A DNA stretch of 64,000 nucleotides from Bdellovibrionota bacterium. Its GTDB lineage: Bacteria; Bdellovibrionota_C; UBA2361; JAAYZI01. Within the stretch, counting starts at the first letter, position 1. Each line of letters begins with the position of its first letter. Below the pieces are notes generated by a model. That model was not told the DNA's origin, ran no database searches, and saw only the letters and a program-made list of their open reading frames with translations. Below, in pieces: positions 37,902 to 48,860 of this stretch. The position numbers and the translations under genes were made by a program. The stretch lies in contig JBMNIF010000001.1 of the NCBI GenBank assembly GCA_050950765.1, positions 160,001 through 224,000 of the forward strand. The letters run 5' to 3'.

Positions 37902-39851
37902 TTATTCATACCTTAAAGCATCAATCGGTTTTAAGCGAGCAGCTTTTAAAGCAGGATAGACACCAAAAAAGATTCCAACAGCGAATGAGAATCCAAGAGC
38001 CATAAAAACTGATTCCGGTGTAACGTAAGTTGCCCAATTTTTATAGTATGACAACGCTAAACTGGCACCCCAACCACAAGCCACACCGATTATGCCGCCA
38101 CAAGTGCTGATTAGGAATGATTCTATTAAAAATTGCATTAGGATATCACGTCTCCTAGCACCTATTGATTTACGAATGCCTATTTCGCGAGTTCGTTCCG
38201 TCACGGAAACAAGCATGATGTTCATAATGCCGATACCACCGACTAATAAAGAGATACCTGCGATAGAAGCAATTAACATTGACATGGTGCTACCCGTAGA
38301 AGTCATCATGTCTTGTATCTCTGCCATGTTGCGAATTAAAAAAGCATCCTCAATCTGAGAAGGTGGAACTTTATGACGTTTTATGAGTAGCTGCCTTATA
38401 CTTTCTTCAATGGAGAACATATCAGCAGCAGTAGACATTTCAACGTCTATTAAATCGATATAATTTTTCCCGAAAAGACGACGCATGGCAGTGGTGTAAG
38501 GGATAATCACAATATCATCCTGATCCATAGGACCCGATGAGCCTTTTTCCGGTAGAACTCCGATCACACGAAAGTTAATGCGATTAATTTTAATGGTGGC
38601 ACCAACCGGATTCTTGGTTCCAAACAACTCTCTAACTACGGTTACTCCAAGTAAAGCGACAGTGTCGCGTTGATCCACTTCCTGTTGATTAAAGAACCTG
38701 CCGATAGTTGGTGTGGCTGCTTTAATCTCTTCATAATCAACAGAGGTGCCTGTGATGGATGAGTTGCGATTGTTGTTTAAGTAAACCACTTGAGCATTTT
38801 GCCTGACTGATGGCGCAGCGTTTTTTACACCACTAATCTGTTTTTTAATGGCATTAACATCATCCATCGTCAGCTGAGTGACTAAGCCACTCTCGAGAGC
38901 AACACCCCCACTTTTAAAAGCTCCCGAACGAACCATTAAAAGGTTAGAACCCATCTTTGAAATCTGTTTCTCTATGGATTTTTGCGCACCTCGTCCGATG
39001 GCAAGCATCGCTACAACTGCAGCAACTCCGATTAAAATTCCCAACATAGAAAGGAAAGCGCGGATCTTATTAGCTCGAATTGATCGAATCCCCTGCCTAA
39101 AATGTTCCGATAATTCAGCTAAAAATGAGGGATGATGCGACTTTGCAGGTGAGGCGGAGTGCTTTTCTATTTGAGGTAACTGACCAAACTCTTCATCAGA
39201 AATGATCTTGCCGTCACGCATTCTGATAATGCGTCTGGCTTCCTTACCGATCTCTTCATTGTGCGTTACGATAACAACAGTAATACCTTGAGTGTTCAGA
39301 TCTTTTAATAAATTTATAATCTCACGTTCACTGGCAGAATCTAAATTACCGGTTGGTTCATCAGCAAGAATTAGAGTGGGAGTGTTGATAAGTGCTCGCG
39401 CTATTGCAACGCGTTGTTGTTGTCCACCGGATAGCTCTGTTGGACGATGTGTAGTGCGTTCCCCCATCCCGACCAAGTTTAACAGTTTGATGGCGTTAGT
39501 ACGTTCTTTTAAACGACCAGAATAGACAAGGGGGAGTTCTACGTTCTCTTTAGCGTTTAATCGCGGTAGTAAATTAAATTGTTGGAAGATAAAGCCGATT
39601 GTATCTCTTCTTAATTCTGCTAACTTGTCTTCATCGTAACTCTTAATCTCTTTGCCATTAAGGATATATTCCCCCGTGTCTGCGTGATCTAATAACCCTA
39701 TGACATTCATTAAGGTGGATTTGCCAGAACCTGAAGGTCCCATAATAGCGAGAAACTCACCATCCCTGATGGTTAAGGAGACGTCATCCAGCGCATGAAC
39801 ATCATTATCTCCGAGGTGGTAAGTTTTTTTTAAGTGTCGAAGTTCTAACAT
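37902..39851 (-). CDS. macB: MacB-family ABC exporter (ATPase plus permease)
   Basis: [56 protein letters not shown]. Confidence 0.93.
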   Translation of the reverse strand: MLELRHLKKTYHLGDNDVHALDDVSLTIRDGEFLAIMGPSGSGKSTLMNVIGLLDHADTGEYILNGKEIKSYDEDKLAELRRDTIGFIFQQFNLLPRLNAKENVELPLVYSGRLKERTNAIKLLNLVGMGERTTHRPTELSGGQQQRVAIARALINTPTLILADEPTGNLDSASEREIINLLKDLNTQGITVVIVTHNEEIGKEARRIIRMRDGKIISDEEFGQLPQIEKHSASPAKSHHPSFLAELSEHFRQGIRSIRANKIRAFLSMLGILIGVAAVVAMLAIGRGAQKSIEKQISKMGSNLLMVRSGAFKSGGVALESGLVTQLTMDDVNAIKKQISGVKNAAPSVRQNAQVVYLNNNRNSSITGTSVDYEEIKAATPTIGRFFNQQEVDQRDTVALLGVTVVRELFGTKNPVGATIKINRINFRVIGVLPEKGSSGPMDQDDIVIIPYTTAMRRLFGKNYIDLIDVEMSTAADMFSIEESIRQLLIKRHKVPPSQIEDAFLIRNMAEIQDMMTSTGSTMSMLIASIAGISLLVGGIGIMNIMLVSVTERTREIGIRKSIGARRRDILMQFLIESFLISTCGGIIGVACGWGASLALSYYKNWATYVTPESVFMALGFSFAVGIFFGVYPALKAARLKPIDALRYE

Positions 39852-39862
39852 AAGATAGTACT

Positions 39863-40822
39863 TTATTTTTTACGTCTGAATTGCGGCATAAAAGGGCTTA
39901 CTTGCCTCTCTGTATTTTCGAATAAAAGAGATTTTGTTACGTAGATAGTATCGCCAACCTGTAACCCATTTTTTACTTCAATTAAATCTCCTTCCGAATC
40001 ACCAACCTCTATCTGAACTTCTGTGATCTTGTCTTTAGCTGCAGGGATCTGGACATAAGTTTTACCATTTTTATATTTTACAGCACTTTGTGGAATAACG
40101 ATGATGTTTTCTTTTGTCTCTACGTTAAAAGTGATGTTGGCTGTCATCCCACTACGCATAAAAGCAGGCGTAGCTTCCGGAATAACATCAACAATGTAAG
40201 TAGTGACATTATTAACGGTAGTGGCTTCGTAAGCGATATGAGAAACGGTGGCAGGGATCTGCTCTTGAGGATAGGCATCCAATACAATTGTGGCTTTTTG
40301 TTGTAATAAAATTTGCCTTAAGTCTGTCTCATCAACTTGCGCTTTAACAACAAGCCTGTCGGACAATACAAAAACCGCTTCATTTGAAAAGGTTTGTCCT
40401 GGTTCTACGTCACGTAAAATAACGGTTCCTGAAATCGGAGCATAGATCGGAGTAGGTTTGTAGTACTGTTGCCACTTTGAAAGTTCAGCAGGGCTGATAG
40501 CGCGCGCTGCATCAAGCAACGCCGCACGTTCCGTAGAGCTCATCCATGCCAAAAGTTGACCGTTCTTAACCTGATCGCCTTCATTTACTAAAACCTCTTC
40601 AACACGACCTGCAATAGGAGGCTTTATCTCCAAACGATTTTGCGGTTCAACCGTACCCGTTGTTAAGACGGTAGTAGAAATTTTACCAAGTTTAACCGTT
40701 ATTTTTTGCAAGGGTTTTTCAGTTTCCTTACGAGGTTGAGAGAGGGCAACTTTTATTTGCAGTGTAAGTGGTAATATTAAAAGTGCAGCTATAATCAGTG
40801 GTTTTATAATTCTTTGTGTCAT
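39863..40822 (-). CDS. MacA-like periplasmic adaptor (membrane fusion protein)
   Basis: Biotinyl-like GRVEEVLVNEGDQV, YAPISGTV, RSGMTA; lies between tolC-like and macB genes. Confidence 0.9.
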   Translation of the reverse strand: MTQRIIKPLIIAALLILPLTLQIKVALSQPRKETEKPLQKITVKLGKISTTVLTTGTVEPQNRLEIKPPIAGRVEEVLVNEGDQVKNGQLLAWMSSTERAALLDAARAISPAELSKWQQYYKPTPIYAPISGTVILRDVEPGQTFSNEAVFVLSDRLVVKAQVDETDLRQILLQQKATIVLDAYPQEQIPATVSHIAYEATTVNNVTTYIVDVIPEATPAFMRSGMTANITFNVETKENIIVIPQSAVKYKNGKTYVQIPAAKDKITEVQIEVGDSEGDLIEVKNGLQVGDTIYVTKSLLFENTERQVSPFMPQFRRKK

Positions 40823-40825
40823 GGT

Positions 40826-42151
40826 CTATAAAGCTCCTTCTCCAATGGATTGTTCCCAATTTGCTTCTGCAACAACCCGCTCACGTTCGCTTAAAAGTTC
40901 AGATTTTTGATAATTGATTAATTCCGTTTCGATGATATCCCAATTTTCAAAATTCAGTAGACCGATATTGTATTTATGACGACCGATCTCGGCACGAACA
41001 GCGGAAGCTTCGCGTAGGTTGGTTTGAATCTGTACTTTGTCTTGAGCTGATTTCATAGCTGTATATGCAGACTTGATATTACTACGTACTGCTTGCATCG
41101 TGGCTACTTCAGAAGCTTTGGCTGCGGCTAAGTCAGACTTTGCTTTCGAAACTTTATTTTTATTTCTACCGAAAGTAAAAATCGGGATAGAGGCGTCTAA
41201 ACCTATCGCATAATTTTCCATACTATCCATAGAATCTCCATCCATCACCCCAGATTGTGCTGTTAGATTTATACTTGGATAGAGCGCTGATCTTGCAGTT
41301 TTTAGTTGTGCTTCTGCGTTCTCTTTACGAGCTTGGCTAAGTCTCACCTCCGGATGATTGATAATCTCTGTTTCAAGATCATATTTAGCGATCACTAAAG
41401 GCGGCATGTCACCATCAATGATCTGTAAGGTGCTTGCATCAGGTCTTCCTAAAACTTTTGCCAACGCTATACGTGAAGATTCCACTTCGCGCAGGGCTTG
41501 CTCTTTTTCATAGAGAGCCTGCTCATAAAGTGCTTTAGCTTGCAGATACGATCCCTTATTTTCATTTCCGCCTTTATAACGTAAAGACACGACATCTAGG
41601 TTCTCTTTTCGACGTTGAGTGATCTTTGTGGCGAGCTTAACGTAACGTTGCCAATACAGCAGAGTGCTAAAAGAAGTTTTTAATTCTGCGCTGATACGAG
41701 CTTTCGCTAATGCAATATTAGCTTTGCTTTCAGCATATCCGGCAGTGGCTTGCTCTAAGGCGGCATCATTAGCAAAACCTGAAAAGATATTCTGCGTAAC
41801 AGAGATAGTGCCTGTTACAGTAGTTCTATCTGAAGAAGCGCTGTTCATATTGGTGATGGATCCACCTTGGCTAAATCCGTTCCCGTAATTATTACGTCCT
41901 CCCCACGAATCACTACGTTGTGAGGAGAGTCCGGCACCGATGCTCGGACGATAATCTGCTTGAGCAACTTTTTGCTGAAAAGCTGAGGCATCTTTTGAGT
42001 GATAGAGAGACAAGAGCTCCGGATTATTTTCGTTAGTTTCTTTTACACAATCTGCAAATGAAAGGGGTGAAGTTTTAAGCTCTTCGGCAAAAACATTACT
42101 GGATAAAAATATCTGAATAATCAATATGTTGAATATTTTATTTATCATCAT
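40826..42151 (-). CDS. TolC-family outer membrane efflux protein
   Basis: Signal peptide, two OEP repeats (NPEL...ADYRPSI; HPEV...ALYPSINL), operon context. Confidence 0.9.
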   Translation of the reverse strand: MMINKIFNILIIQIFLSSNVFAEELKTSPLSFADCVKETNENNPELLSLYHSKDASAFQQKVAQADYRPSIGAGLSSQRSDSWGGRNNYGNGFSQGGSITNMNSASSDRTTVTGTISVTQNIFSGFANDAALEQATAGYAESKANIALAKARISAELKTSFSTLLYWQRYVKLATKITQRRKENLDVVSLRYKGGNENKGSYLQAKALYEQALYEKEQALREVESSRIALAKVLGRPDASTLQIIDGDMPPLVIAKYDLETEIINHPEVRLSQARKENAEAQLKTARSALYPSINLTAQSGVMDGDSMDSMENYAIGLDASIPIFTFGRNKNKVSKAKSDLAAAKASEVATMQAVRSNIKSAYTAMKSAQDKVQIQTNLREASAVRAEIGRHKYNIGLLNFENWDIIETELINYQKSELLSERERVVAEANWEQSIGEGAL

Positions 42152-42256
42152 GGTGTAAATATTTCGCGTTCTTTTTAAATGTATAAAAGAGGATGATAAA
42201 CATAAATAGGCGTCATTAAAAAGAGTTTCTAAGTTTCGAGTGTAGGCAATTTTAAA

Positions 42257-43011
42257 TTTAGGATACCCACTTTTTACTGGGTTTTTAAGCTTTTGCTAAT
42301 GTCTTAATATTATTAACTATTGCAATTTTAGAGTTTGGATGTCCTATTTACAAAGCGTCTGCAACGCTGAAGGGTGGCACCAGATTTTTAACCCCCGTGA
42401 AGATCTAGCTGATTCGTTTTGCAGTTGCAGCCCGTTCAATCGTCACTGAAGGGTGGCACCAGAACTGCAGCCGCCAAGATCTGACAAATCTGCTTATACT
42501 GAAGGGTGGCACCAGTTTTTTAACCCCCGTGAAGATCTAGCTAATCTGTTATGCAGTTGCAGCCCGCCCGATCGTCCCAGAAGGGTGGCACCAAAACTGC
42601 CGAATTCTAACTTCTGCTAACATCTTGATATTATTAGCAGCGCTGGTGGGTGGCACCAGTGATAGCTAGCCATAAAGAAGGGTGGCACCAAAACTGCCCG
42701 ATTTTGGATTTTTGTTAACGTCTTGATATTATTAGCAGCGCTGGTGGGTGGCACCAACGACAGGCAGCTACAAAGAAGGGTGGCACCAGATCTGCCGAAT
42801 TTTAAGGTTTTGTTAATGTCTTGATATTATTAGATGTTGTAATTTTGAAGTTCGGGTGTCCTATTTGCAGCGCTGAAGGGTGGCACCAGTGATAGCTAGC
42901 TACAAAGAAGGGTGGCACCAGTTTTTTGACCTCCGTAAAGATCTAGCCGATCCGGTTTTGTAGTTGCAGCCCGTTCGGTCGTCCCCCAGATTTCTGAAGG
43001 GTGGCACCAGA
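42257..43011. repeat. Repeat array 9 (11 cores)
   Basis: GGGTGGCACC at 42372, 42451, 42504, 42583, 42648, 42680, 42746, 42778, 42878, 42910, 42999. Confidence 0.96.
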
Positions 43012-43057
43012 TCTCCGCTTTTTAGTCGCAGCCTGCGCAACTTTAGAAAAAGGTTTT

Positions 43058-43200
43058 TTGCTTTCTTGATTTAAGTGTGGTATATCCGGCGCCGATTTCG
43101 CACTCGGTGACATAGTCTTGGTGGAGGGGTGCCCTTTTACCGCCGAGGAGGATGACTCGAGAACTTTGTTTTCGAGGATTAACTAAGACGGAGTATATAA
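43058..43200 (+). promoter_or_regulatory. Putative rpsB promoter and structured 5' leader
   Basis: TTGCTT-17 nt-TATATC with extended -10 TGTGG and a GC-rich discriminator, as in known rpsB promoters; leader contains GGGGTG, recalling S2 autoregulatory leaders. Confidence 0.5.
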
Positions 43201-44202
43201 ATGACTGAAAATATAGCAGAAAATACAGTAGAAGAGACCGCAGCGGCGGTGACTGAAGTGGTAGAAACAGTCAAGGAACCTTACGTTCCTGTGGCGGTAA
43301 CGATTAAAACCATGTTGGAGGCAGGTGCTCATTTTGGACATAAGGCAGAGCGTTGGCATCCTAAAATGTTACCATTTATCTTCGGTGTTCGTAATAAAGT
43401 TCATATTATTAACCTTGATACCACCCTTGAGTATTGGGAAAAGGCTCGTAAATTCGTAGTCGATGTGACATCTCGTGGTGGACGCATTCTGTTTGTTGGT
43501 ACTAAGCCGCAAGCTCGCGAAGCTATTAAAGAGGCAGCTGAAAGGTGCGGTGCTTATTACGTTAATAACAGATGGTTGGGTGGAACCCTTAGTAATCTTG
43601 CTACGATTAGAAATTCAATCTCTCGCATGAACAAGTTGCAGGATCTGTTACGTCAAGCAGAAAACAAGGAGGGCGGTGTACGTATCGCTAAAAAAGAGCG
43701 TTTAGCTATCGCCAAGCAAGTTGAAAAACTCATCACAAACCTTGGCGGTATTAAAGATATGGTGAAACCGCCGGAAGTAGTTTTTATCGTTGATATCTGC
43801 AAAGAGACGATCGCTGTCGCTGAGTCCCTTAAATTGCATATCCCAGTTATTGCTTTGGTTGATACTAATGTAGATCCTTCAAAGATTAAGTTTCCGATCC
43901 CGAGTAATGATGATGCTACAGGTGCCATACAGCTGTTTGCAAATGCCATTGCAGATGCCGCCATCGAAGGTCATAAAGTTTATGAAGCAAGGATGACGGA
44001 AAATAATTTAACCAAACGTGAGGAACGTGCTGCGTCAGATGACAAAGGTGGCGAGCCTGTGGTTGAGAGGCGTGGTCGTTCTGATAACAATAGAAAAAAT
44101 CGTGGCGGTAGGTTTACGAAAGCAACAAATCGCTCTGAGTCTAAAGAGGATGAAGAGGTTAAAACAGAAAGTGCTGATGAAGCTACCGAAGTTAAAGAAT
44201 AA
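43201..44202 (+). CDS. rpsB: 30S ribosomal protein S2
   Basis: MLEAGAHFGH, LFVGTK, RWLGGTLSN, IPSNDDA; charged terminal extensions. Confidence 0.99.
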   Translation: MTENIAENTVEETAAAVTEVVETVKEPYVPVAVTIKTMLEAGAHFGHKAERWHPKMLPFIFGVRNKVHIINLDTTLEYWEKARKFVVDVTSRGGRILFVGTKPQAREAIKEAAERCGAYYVNNRWLGGTLSNLATIRNSISRMNKLQDLLRQAENKEGGVRIAKKERLAIAKQVEKLITNLGGIKDMVKPPEVVFIVDICKETIAVAESLKLHIPVIALVDTNVDPSKIKFPIPSNDDATGAIQLFANAIADAAIEGHKVYEARMTENNLTKREERAASDDKGGEPVVERRGRSDNNRKNRGGRFTKATNRSESKEDEEVKTESADEATEVKE

Positions 44203-44248
44203 GGATAAAATTAAGAATATAGTTAAAGTTTAATGCAAGGAGGTTTAG

Positions 44249-44905
44249 ATGGCTGAGATAACAGCAGCTGCCGTTAAGGCTCTTAGGGAGCAAACGGGAG
44301 CGGGGATGATGGATTGTAAAAAGGCTTTGTCGGAGACTCAAGGAGATACTGAGAAAGCTATTGAGTTATTACGCAAATGGGGCTTGAAAGATGTTAGTAA
44401 AAGAGCCGGAAAGATCGCAGCTGAAGGAGTGGTTCTTTCTTACATTCATCCTGGTGATAGAGTCGGTGTGTTACTTGAATTGAATTGTGAAACTGATTTC
44501 GTTGCACGTGGCGAAGAGTTCAGAGAGATTGCGCACGGTATCGCAATGCACATCGCTGCTATGAATCCACCGTATGTTTCCAAAGAGGATGTGCCTGCGC
44601 AAGAGATCGAAAAAGAAAAAGAGATCTTGCTGGCAACATTAAATGATAAACAAAAACAGATGGCAGATAAGATCATTCCTGGTAAGTTAAATAAATTTTA
44701 CGAGGATAATGTTTTACTCGATCAGATTTATATTAAAGACGAGGAAGGTCAACAAACGATTCAAGCGCTTATTGATGATTTAAGTGCTAAGGTCGGGGAA
44801 AAAGTTAGAGTTCGTCGCTTCCAACGTTTTGAAGTTGGCGAAGGGATGGAGAAGAAGTCTGAAAATCTTGCTGAAGAAGTCGCTAAAACGATAGGGGAGG
44901 TTTAG
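44249..44905 (+). CDS. tsf: Elongation factor Ts (short form)
   Basis: [27 protein letters not shown]. Confidence 0.99.
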   Translation: MAEITAAAVKALREQTGAGMMDCKKALSETQGDTEKAIELLRKWGLKDVSKRAGKIAAEGVVLSYIHPGDRVGVLLELNCETDFVARGEEFREIAHGIAMHIAAMNPPYVSKEDVPAQEIEKEKEILLATLNDKQKQMADKIIPGKLNKFYEDNVLLDQIYIKDEEGQQTIQALIDDLSAKVGEKVRVRRFQRFEVGEGMEKKSENLAEEVAKTIGEV

Positions 44906-44909
44906 TCCT

Positions 44910-45653
44910 ATGTTTCAAACGCCGAGATACCGAAGGATATTGCTTAAGCTCAGTGGCGAAATATTAGCTGGCAAAAATGGTTTCGGTATCTGTGCTGAAA
45001 CTATCTCGAAGTTGGTTGATGATATTCACGAAGTTTATGAGATGGGGGTCCAGCTTTCTATTGTTATTGGTGGCGGTAATATTTTCAGAGGTGTTAGTTT
45101 AGGTTCTCAAGGTTTAGATCGCGCCACAGGCGACTATATGGGAATGTTGGCAACGGTTATGAACGCCCTGGCGTTGCAGGATGTCTTGGAGCAGCGCGGT
45201 GTCGATACACGAGTCCTCTCTGCGATCGAGATGCGTGAGATCGCAGAACCGTATATCAGACGTAGAGCGCAGCGGCATCTTGACAAGGGGCGTGTAGTGA
45301 TTTTTGCATCAGGTACCGGCAATCCGTATTTTACAACAGATACTGCTGCCAGCTTACGCTCAATGGAAATTGATGCTGAAGTGCTTTTAAAGGGTACAAA
45401 AGTTGATGCAATCTATGATAAAGATCCCAAGAAGTATGCAGATGCTGTACCTTATGCGAAATTGTCTTATATGGAGACTTTGCAAAAACGTTTAAAAGTT
45501 ATGGATGCGGCGGCTATTTCATTATGTATGGATAATAAATTGCCGGTTATCGTATTCAATATCGGAGTTCCCGGTAATCTCAAGAGAGTTGTCGTTGGGG
45601 AGCAGGTCGGTACTTTAGTAACTAATGAATCTGAAGGAGAGGCTGGAAAATGA
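44910..45653 (+). CDS. pyrH: UMP kinase
   Basis: [25 protein letters not shown]. Confidence 0.99.
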   Translation: MFQTPRYRRILLKLSGEILAGKNGFGICAETISKLVDDIHEVYEMGVQLSIVIGGGNIFRGVSLGSQGLDRATGDYMGMLATVMNALALQDVLEQRGVDTRVLSAIEMREIAEPYIRRRAQRHLDKGRVVIFASGTGNPYFTTDTAASLRSMEIDAEVLLKGTKVDAIYDKDPKKYADAVPYAKLSYMETLQKRLKVMDAAAISLCMDNKLPVIVFNIGVPGNLKRVVVGEQVGTLVTNESEGEAGK

Positions 45654-46207
45654 CAGTTGTAGATGATGCAGAATTAAGGGCCCAATTTGATGAAGCGATT
45701 GTTCATTTTAAAAAAGAATTGGCAAAGATGCGGACTAGTCGCGCGAACCAGTCTTTAATTGAGGATGTGCAAGTTAACTGTTACGGTACAATGGTTCCGT
45801 TAAAACAGTTGGGGATGATTAGCGCTCCAGAAGCTCGTTTGCTTACTGTACAAGCTTATGATCGTAATACTGTGGATTCGATCATAAAGGCGATACATTT
45901 GGCAGACCTCGGATTAAATCCCGCCAATGAAGGAACCTTAATTCGAATTACTGTTCCTGCATTGACAGAAGATAGACGTAAAGAGCTTGTAAAAACAATT
46001 AATAAATATGCCGAAGATGCGCGTATTTCAGTACGCAGTCAACGCCAAAAAGCGAACGATGTCTTGAAAAAACAACAGAAAAATAAAGAGATTTCAGAAG
46101 ATGATCTGAAGAGAGGGCAAGACGAGATTCAAAAAATAACCGACGAATATATCGCTGAAGTTGACAAGCTATTTGCTATAAAAGAGAAAGAGATGATGGA
46201 AGTTTGA
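45650..46207 (+). CDS. frr: Ribosome recycling factor
   Basis: [30 protein letters not shown]. Confidence 0.98.
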   Translation: MTVVDDAELRAQFDEAIVHFKKELAKMRTSRANQSLIEDVQVNCYGTMVPLKQLGMISAPEARLLTVQAYDRNTVDSIIKAIHLADLGLNPANEGTLIRITVPALTEDRRKELVKTINKYAEDARISVRSQRQKANDVLKKQQKNKEISEDDLKRGQDEIQKITDEYIAEVDKLFAIKEKEMMEV

Positions 46208-46968
46208 CCTTTTGTGGTGAGAGTCTTAATTCCATGATTACGAAAGATAGTAAAATTCCGCAGCATGTTGCTATTATTATGGATGGAAATGGGCGCTGGG
46301 CAAAGAAGAGATTCTTACCACGTTCTGAGGGGCATCGTGCGGGTGGGAAAACACTTCAAACTATTATAGAGGTTGCAGCGAAGTCGGGGGTGCGTTATCT
46401 GACGGTCTTTGCTTTTTCAACAGAAAATTGGAAACGTCCTAAAGAAGAAGTTGATGCTTTAATGGACCTTCTAAAAAATTATCTGACTAATAATACAGAA
46501 GACCTAATAAAAAATAATATTAGAGTTAGAGTGATCGGTGATATTAGTCGCTTGTCTGTGGAAATTCAGGAGGCAATTTTAAAGGTAGAATCTGATAGTA
46601 AAGATTGCAGCGGTATGGATTTTATAGTTGCGCTTTCTTATGGAGGTCGCTCTGAAATAGTTGCAGCTGTGCAAAAGATAGCACAGGAGGTCGTAGCGGG
46701 GAGATTGGATCCTCAAGATATTTCAGAAGAAACCGTCACTGCAAATATGTATCTTCCAGAAGTTCCCGATCCTGATCTTTTAATTCGTACTAGCGGAGAG
46801 TGCCGCATCTCAAACTTTCTTTTGTGGCAGTTGGCGTACTCTGAAATCGTAGTGGCAGATCTTTGTTGGCCGGACTTTAAGGAAAAAGATTTCTTAGATT
46901 GTCTTGCACAATATGAGAAACGTAACCGACGTTACGGTCTAACTCAGGAGCAGATTAAAGAATCATAA
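46204..46968 (+). CDS. uppS: Undecaprenyl diphosphate synthase (start 46204 or 46234)
   Basis: HVAIIMDGNGRWA, AFSTENWKRP, LLIRTSGECRISNFLLWQLAYSE. Confidence 0.98.
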   Translation: MTFCGESLNSMITKDSKIPQHVAIIMDGNGRWAKKRFLPRSEGHRAGGKTLQTIIEVAAKSGVRYLTVFAFSTENWKRPKEEVDALMDLLKNYLTNNTEDLIKNNIRVRVIGDISRLSVEIQEAILKVESDSKDCSGMDFIVALSYGGRSEIVAAVQKIAQEVVAGRLDPQDISEETVTANMYLPEVPDPDLLIRTSGECRISNFLLWQLAYSEIVVADLCWPDFKEKDFLDCLAQYEKRNRRYGLTQEQIKES

Positions 46969-46978
46969 AGGATCGGAT

Positions 46979-47911
46979 ATGAATGCAGACTTAAAAAAAC
47001 GGGTTATAACTGCCGGTATTTTAATCCTTGTTTTTATTCTCTGTACCGTCTTATCTGTAAAAGGTTTTTGGTCATCTGCTTTAATGTGGCTTACAGCTGT
47101 AGCTGTTGCCTTAGCCGCATGGGAGTTCGCCACAATCTGCAATAAGAAGAGGCCTTTTTGGTGGGTAATTAATTATTTTATAGTGTTGATATTACCAACT
47201 GCCTTAATACTCCTAGGATCAGATCCAGCAGATAGTGACTGGTGGTTTTCTAAGAGTTCTCTTCCTTATTGGTTAGGTTCTCTCTTTTCGATCTTTTATG
47301 CTTTGGCATTACTTATAATTTGCGGATACCGCTCTCTGGAAGAGGCTGAAAATCTGGCAAAAGATATCTTTATCGGAATAATTTTAGTGGGACTCGGCGG
47401 ATCTGCCGTAGTCTTTATAGCAGGGCTTGCAGCAACGGGAATAGGTATGCTTGCTCCTATTTTTTTAATTTTAGTAGTGTGTGCTAATGATATCGCTGCA
47501 TATTTTTGTGGGAAAAAATTCGGTGGTCCCGCTATGGCGCCGATCATATCTCCAAACAAAACTATTAGTGGCAGTATTGGAGGATTTGTCGGTGGCGGTC
47601 TGGTTGGTTGCCTTGTCTTGAGTTGTATTTTTTTCTTCCTTGTACCGAAAAGAGTAGAGTTTGAAAACACAGAATTATCTTCATTAGATGGGGTACCTTT
47701 TTGTTTAATAGCTTTTGCTTTGAGCCTGATCTTTGTTGCCGCTGCGCAGATGGGAGACCTCTTAAAGTCTTACGTAAAAAGAATTCATAACGTAAAAGAT
47801 TCTGGGAAAATTCTACCTGGTCATGGCGGCGTCTTGGATAGAATAGATGGGATCTTACTGGCGGCGTTCCTCCTTGCACCGTTAATTATCTTACTAAACA
47901 GCTATTTATAG
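46979..47911 (+). CDS. cdsA: Phosphatidate cytidylyltransferase
   Basis: NDIAAYFCGKKFG, ISPNKT, GDLLKSYVKR...KDSGKILPGHGGVLDRID. Confidence 0.95.
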   Translation: MNADLKKRVITAGILILVFILCTVLSVKGFWSSALMWLTAVAVALAAWEFATICNKKRPFWWVINYFIVLILPTALILLGSDPADSDWWFSKSSLPYWLGSLFSIFYALALLIICGYRSLEEAENLAKDIFIGIILVGLGGSAVVFIAGLAATGIGMLAPIFLILVVCANDIAAYFCGKKFGGPAMAPIISPNKTISGSIGGFVGGGLVGCLVLSCIFFFLVPKRVEFENTELSSLDGVPFCLIAFALSLIFVAAAQMGDLLKSYVKRIHNVKDSGKILPGHGGVLDRIDGILLAAFLLAPLIILLNSYL

Positions 47912-47984
47912 TGTCAGATATTTTGTGTGGATATTTTTTTATTTTATTACCAAACTGAATTAAAGAATTTTAAAAGGACCTGAG

Positions 47985-48860
47985 ATGAATGCAAAATTTA
48001 AAAAATGGTGTCTAACTTCGGGATTCCTTTTACTTATTTTTGTGCTTTTTATTGTTGTTTCGTACATATTAGGTGTGGGTTTGTGGGAGTGTTCAGTACC
48101 TGCAAGGATTATTCTAGGTACATTAGTTACTATCTCGGCGTGGGAGTTTTCTGCAATATGTAATAAAGGAAGGTCTCTCTTCTGGAAAATAAGTTGTTTT
48201 ATTGTGCTGATCTTACCAATTGTTTGGATACTATTAGATCTCCCTTCTGAAGAAATTAAAATAGAAGACTTGGAGCTCCCTTATGAAAGTTATATTTATG
48301 CAGGTATTTATGCTTTAGTATTACTAATAGTTCGTGGACATTCTTCTTTGAAAGATACTGGAAGGTTGGCAAAAGATATCTTTATCGGGATGATTTTGCT
48401 AGGGCTAGGGGGTGGGGTCACTATAGCTTGTACTCTAACAGAAGATTTTTTAATTTTACTGTTCTATTCAATTCTGGTGGTGTGTGCAAGTAATTTTGTG
48501 GGGGGATTATTTGATAAATTTTTTAGTAGCAATCCATCTTCTAAGCTTTCACTTGCTTCATTTTTTGGGGGGCTGGTAGGTGGAGTTTTGGTTGGTGCTC
48601 CGCTTGCGATTTTAGGATATCTTGGAGGTGGCGCAGATTCTTTTACGTGGAAAATTTGGTCTAGCGTTATTATTGCGATTTCTGTTGTTTTAGCCTCGCT
48701 ATTGGGAAAGTTTTTATTGAACTATGTAAAAAAAGTTCATGGTGTAAAAGATTCGGGAAAGATCTTATTTGGGCAAGGTGGTGTATTAGATCAAGTGGTT
48801 GGGGTCTTAATGGCACCGTTATCCACTGTTCTTGCATTTTTATTTATACAATTATTTTAA
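47985..48860 (+). CDS. CdsA paralog with degenerate active-site motifs
   Basis: Collinear with cdsA (AWEF.AICNK, LAKDIFIG, VKDSGKIL) but lacks D..AY and SPNKT, and reads GKFLLN / FGQGGVLDQVV. Confidence 0.8.
   Translation: MNAKFKKWCLTSGFLLLIFVLFIVVSYILGVGLWECSVPARIILGTLVTISAWEFSAICNKGRSLFWKISCFIVLILPIVWILLDLPSEEIKIEDLELPYESYIYAGIYALVLLIVRGHSSLKDTGRLAKDIFIGMILLGLGGGVTIACTLTEDFLILLFYSILVVCASNFVGGLFDKFFSSNPSSKLSLASFFGGLVGGVLVGAPLAILGYLGGGADSFTWKIWSSVIIAISVVLASLLGKFLLNYVKKVHGVKDSGKILFGQGGVLDQVVGVLMAPLSTVLAFLFIQLF

Noticed and set aside
42642..42649. GCTGGTGG (E. coli Chi) inside some repeat units
   Set aside because: It arises from the hairpin form of the core. Chi sites are dispersed through genes and are taxon specific, unlike these clustered intergenic repeats.
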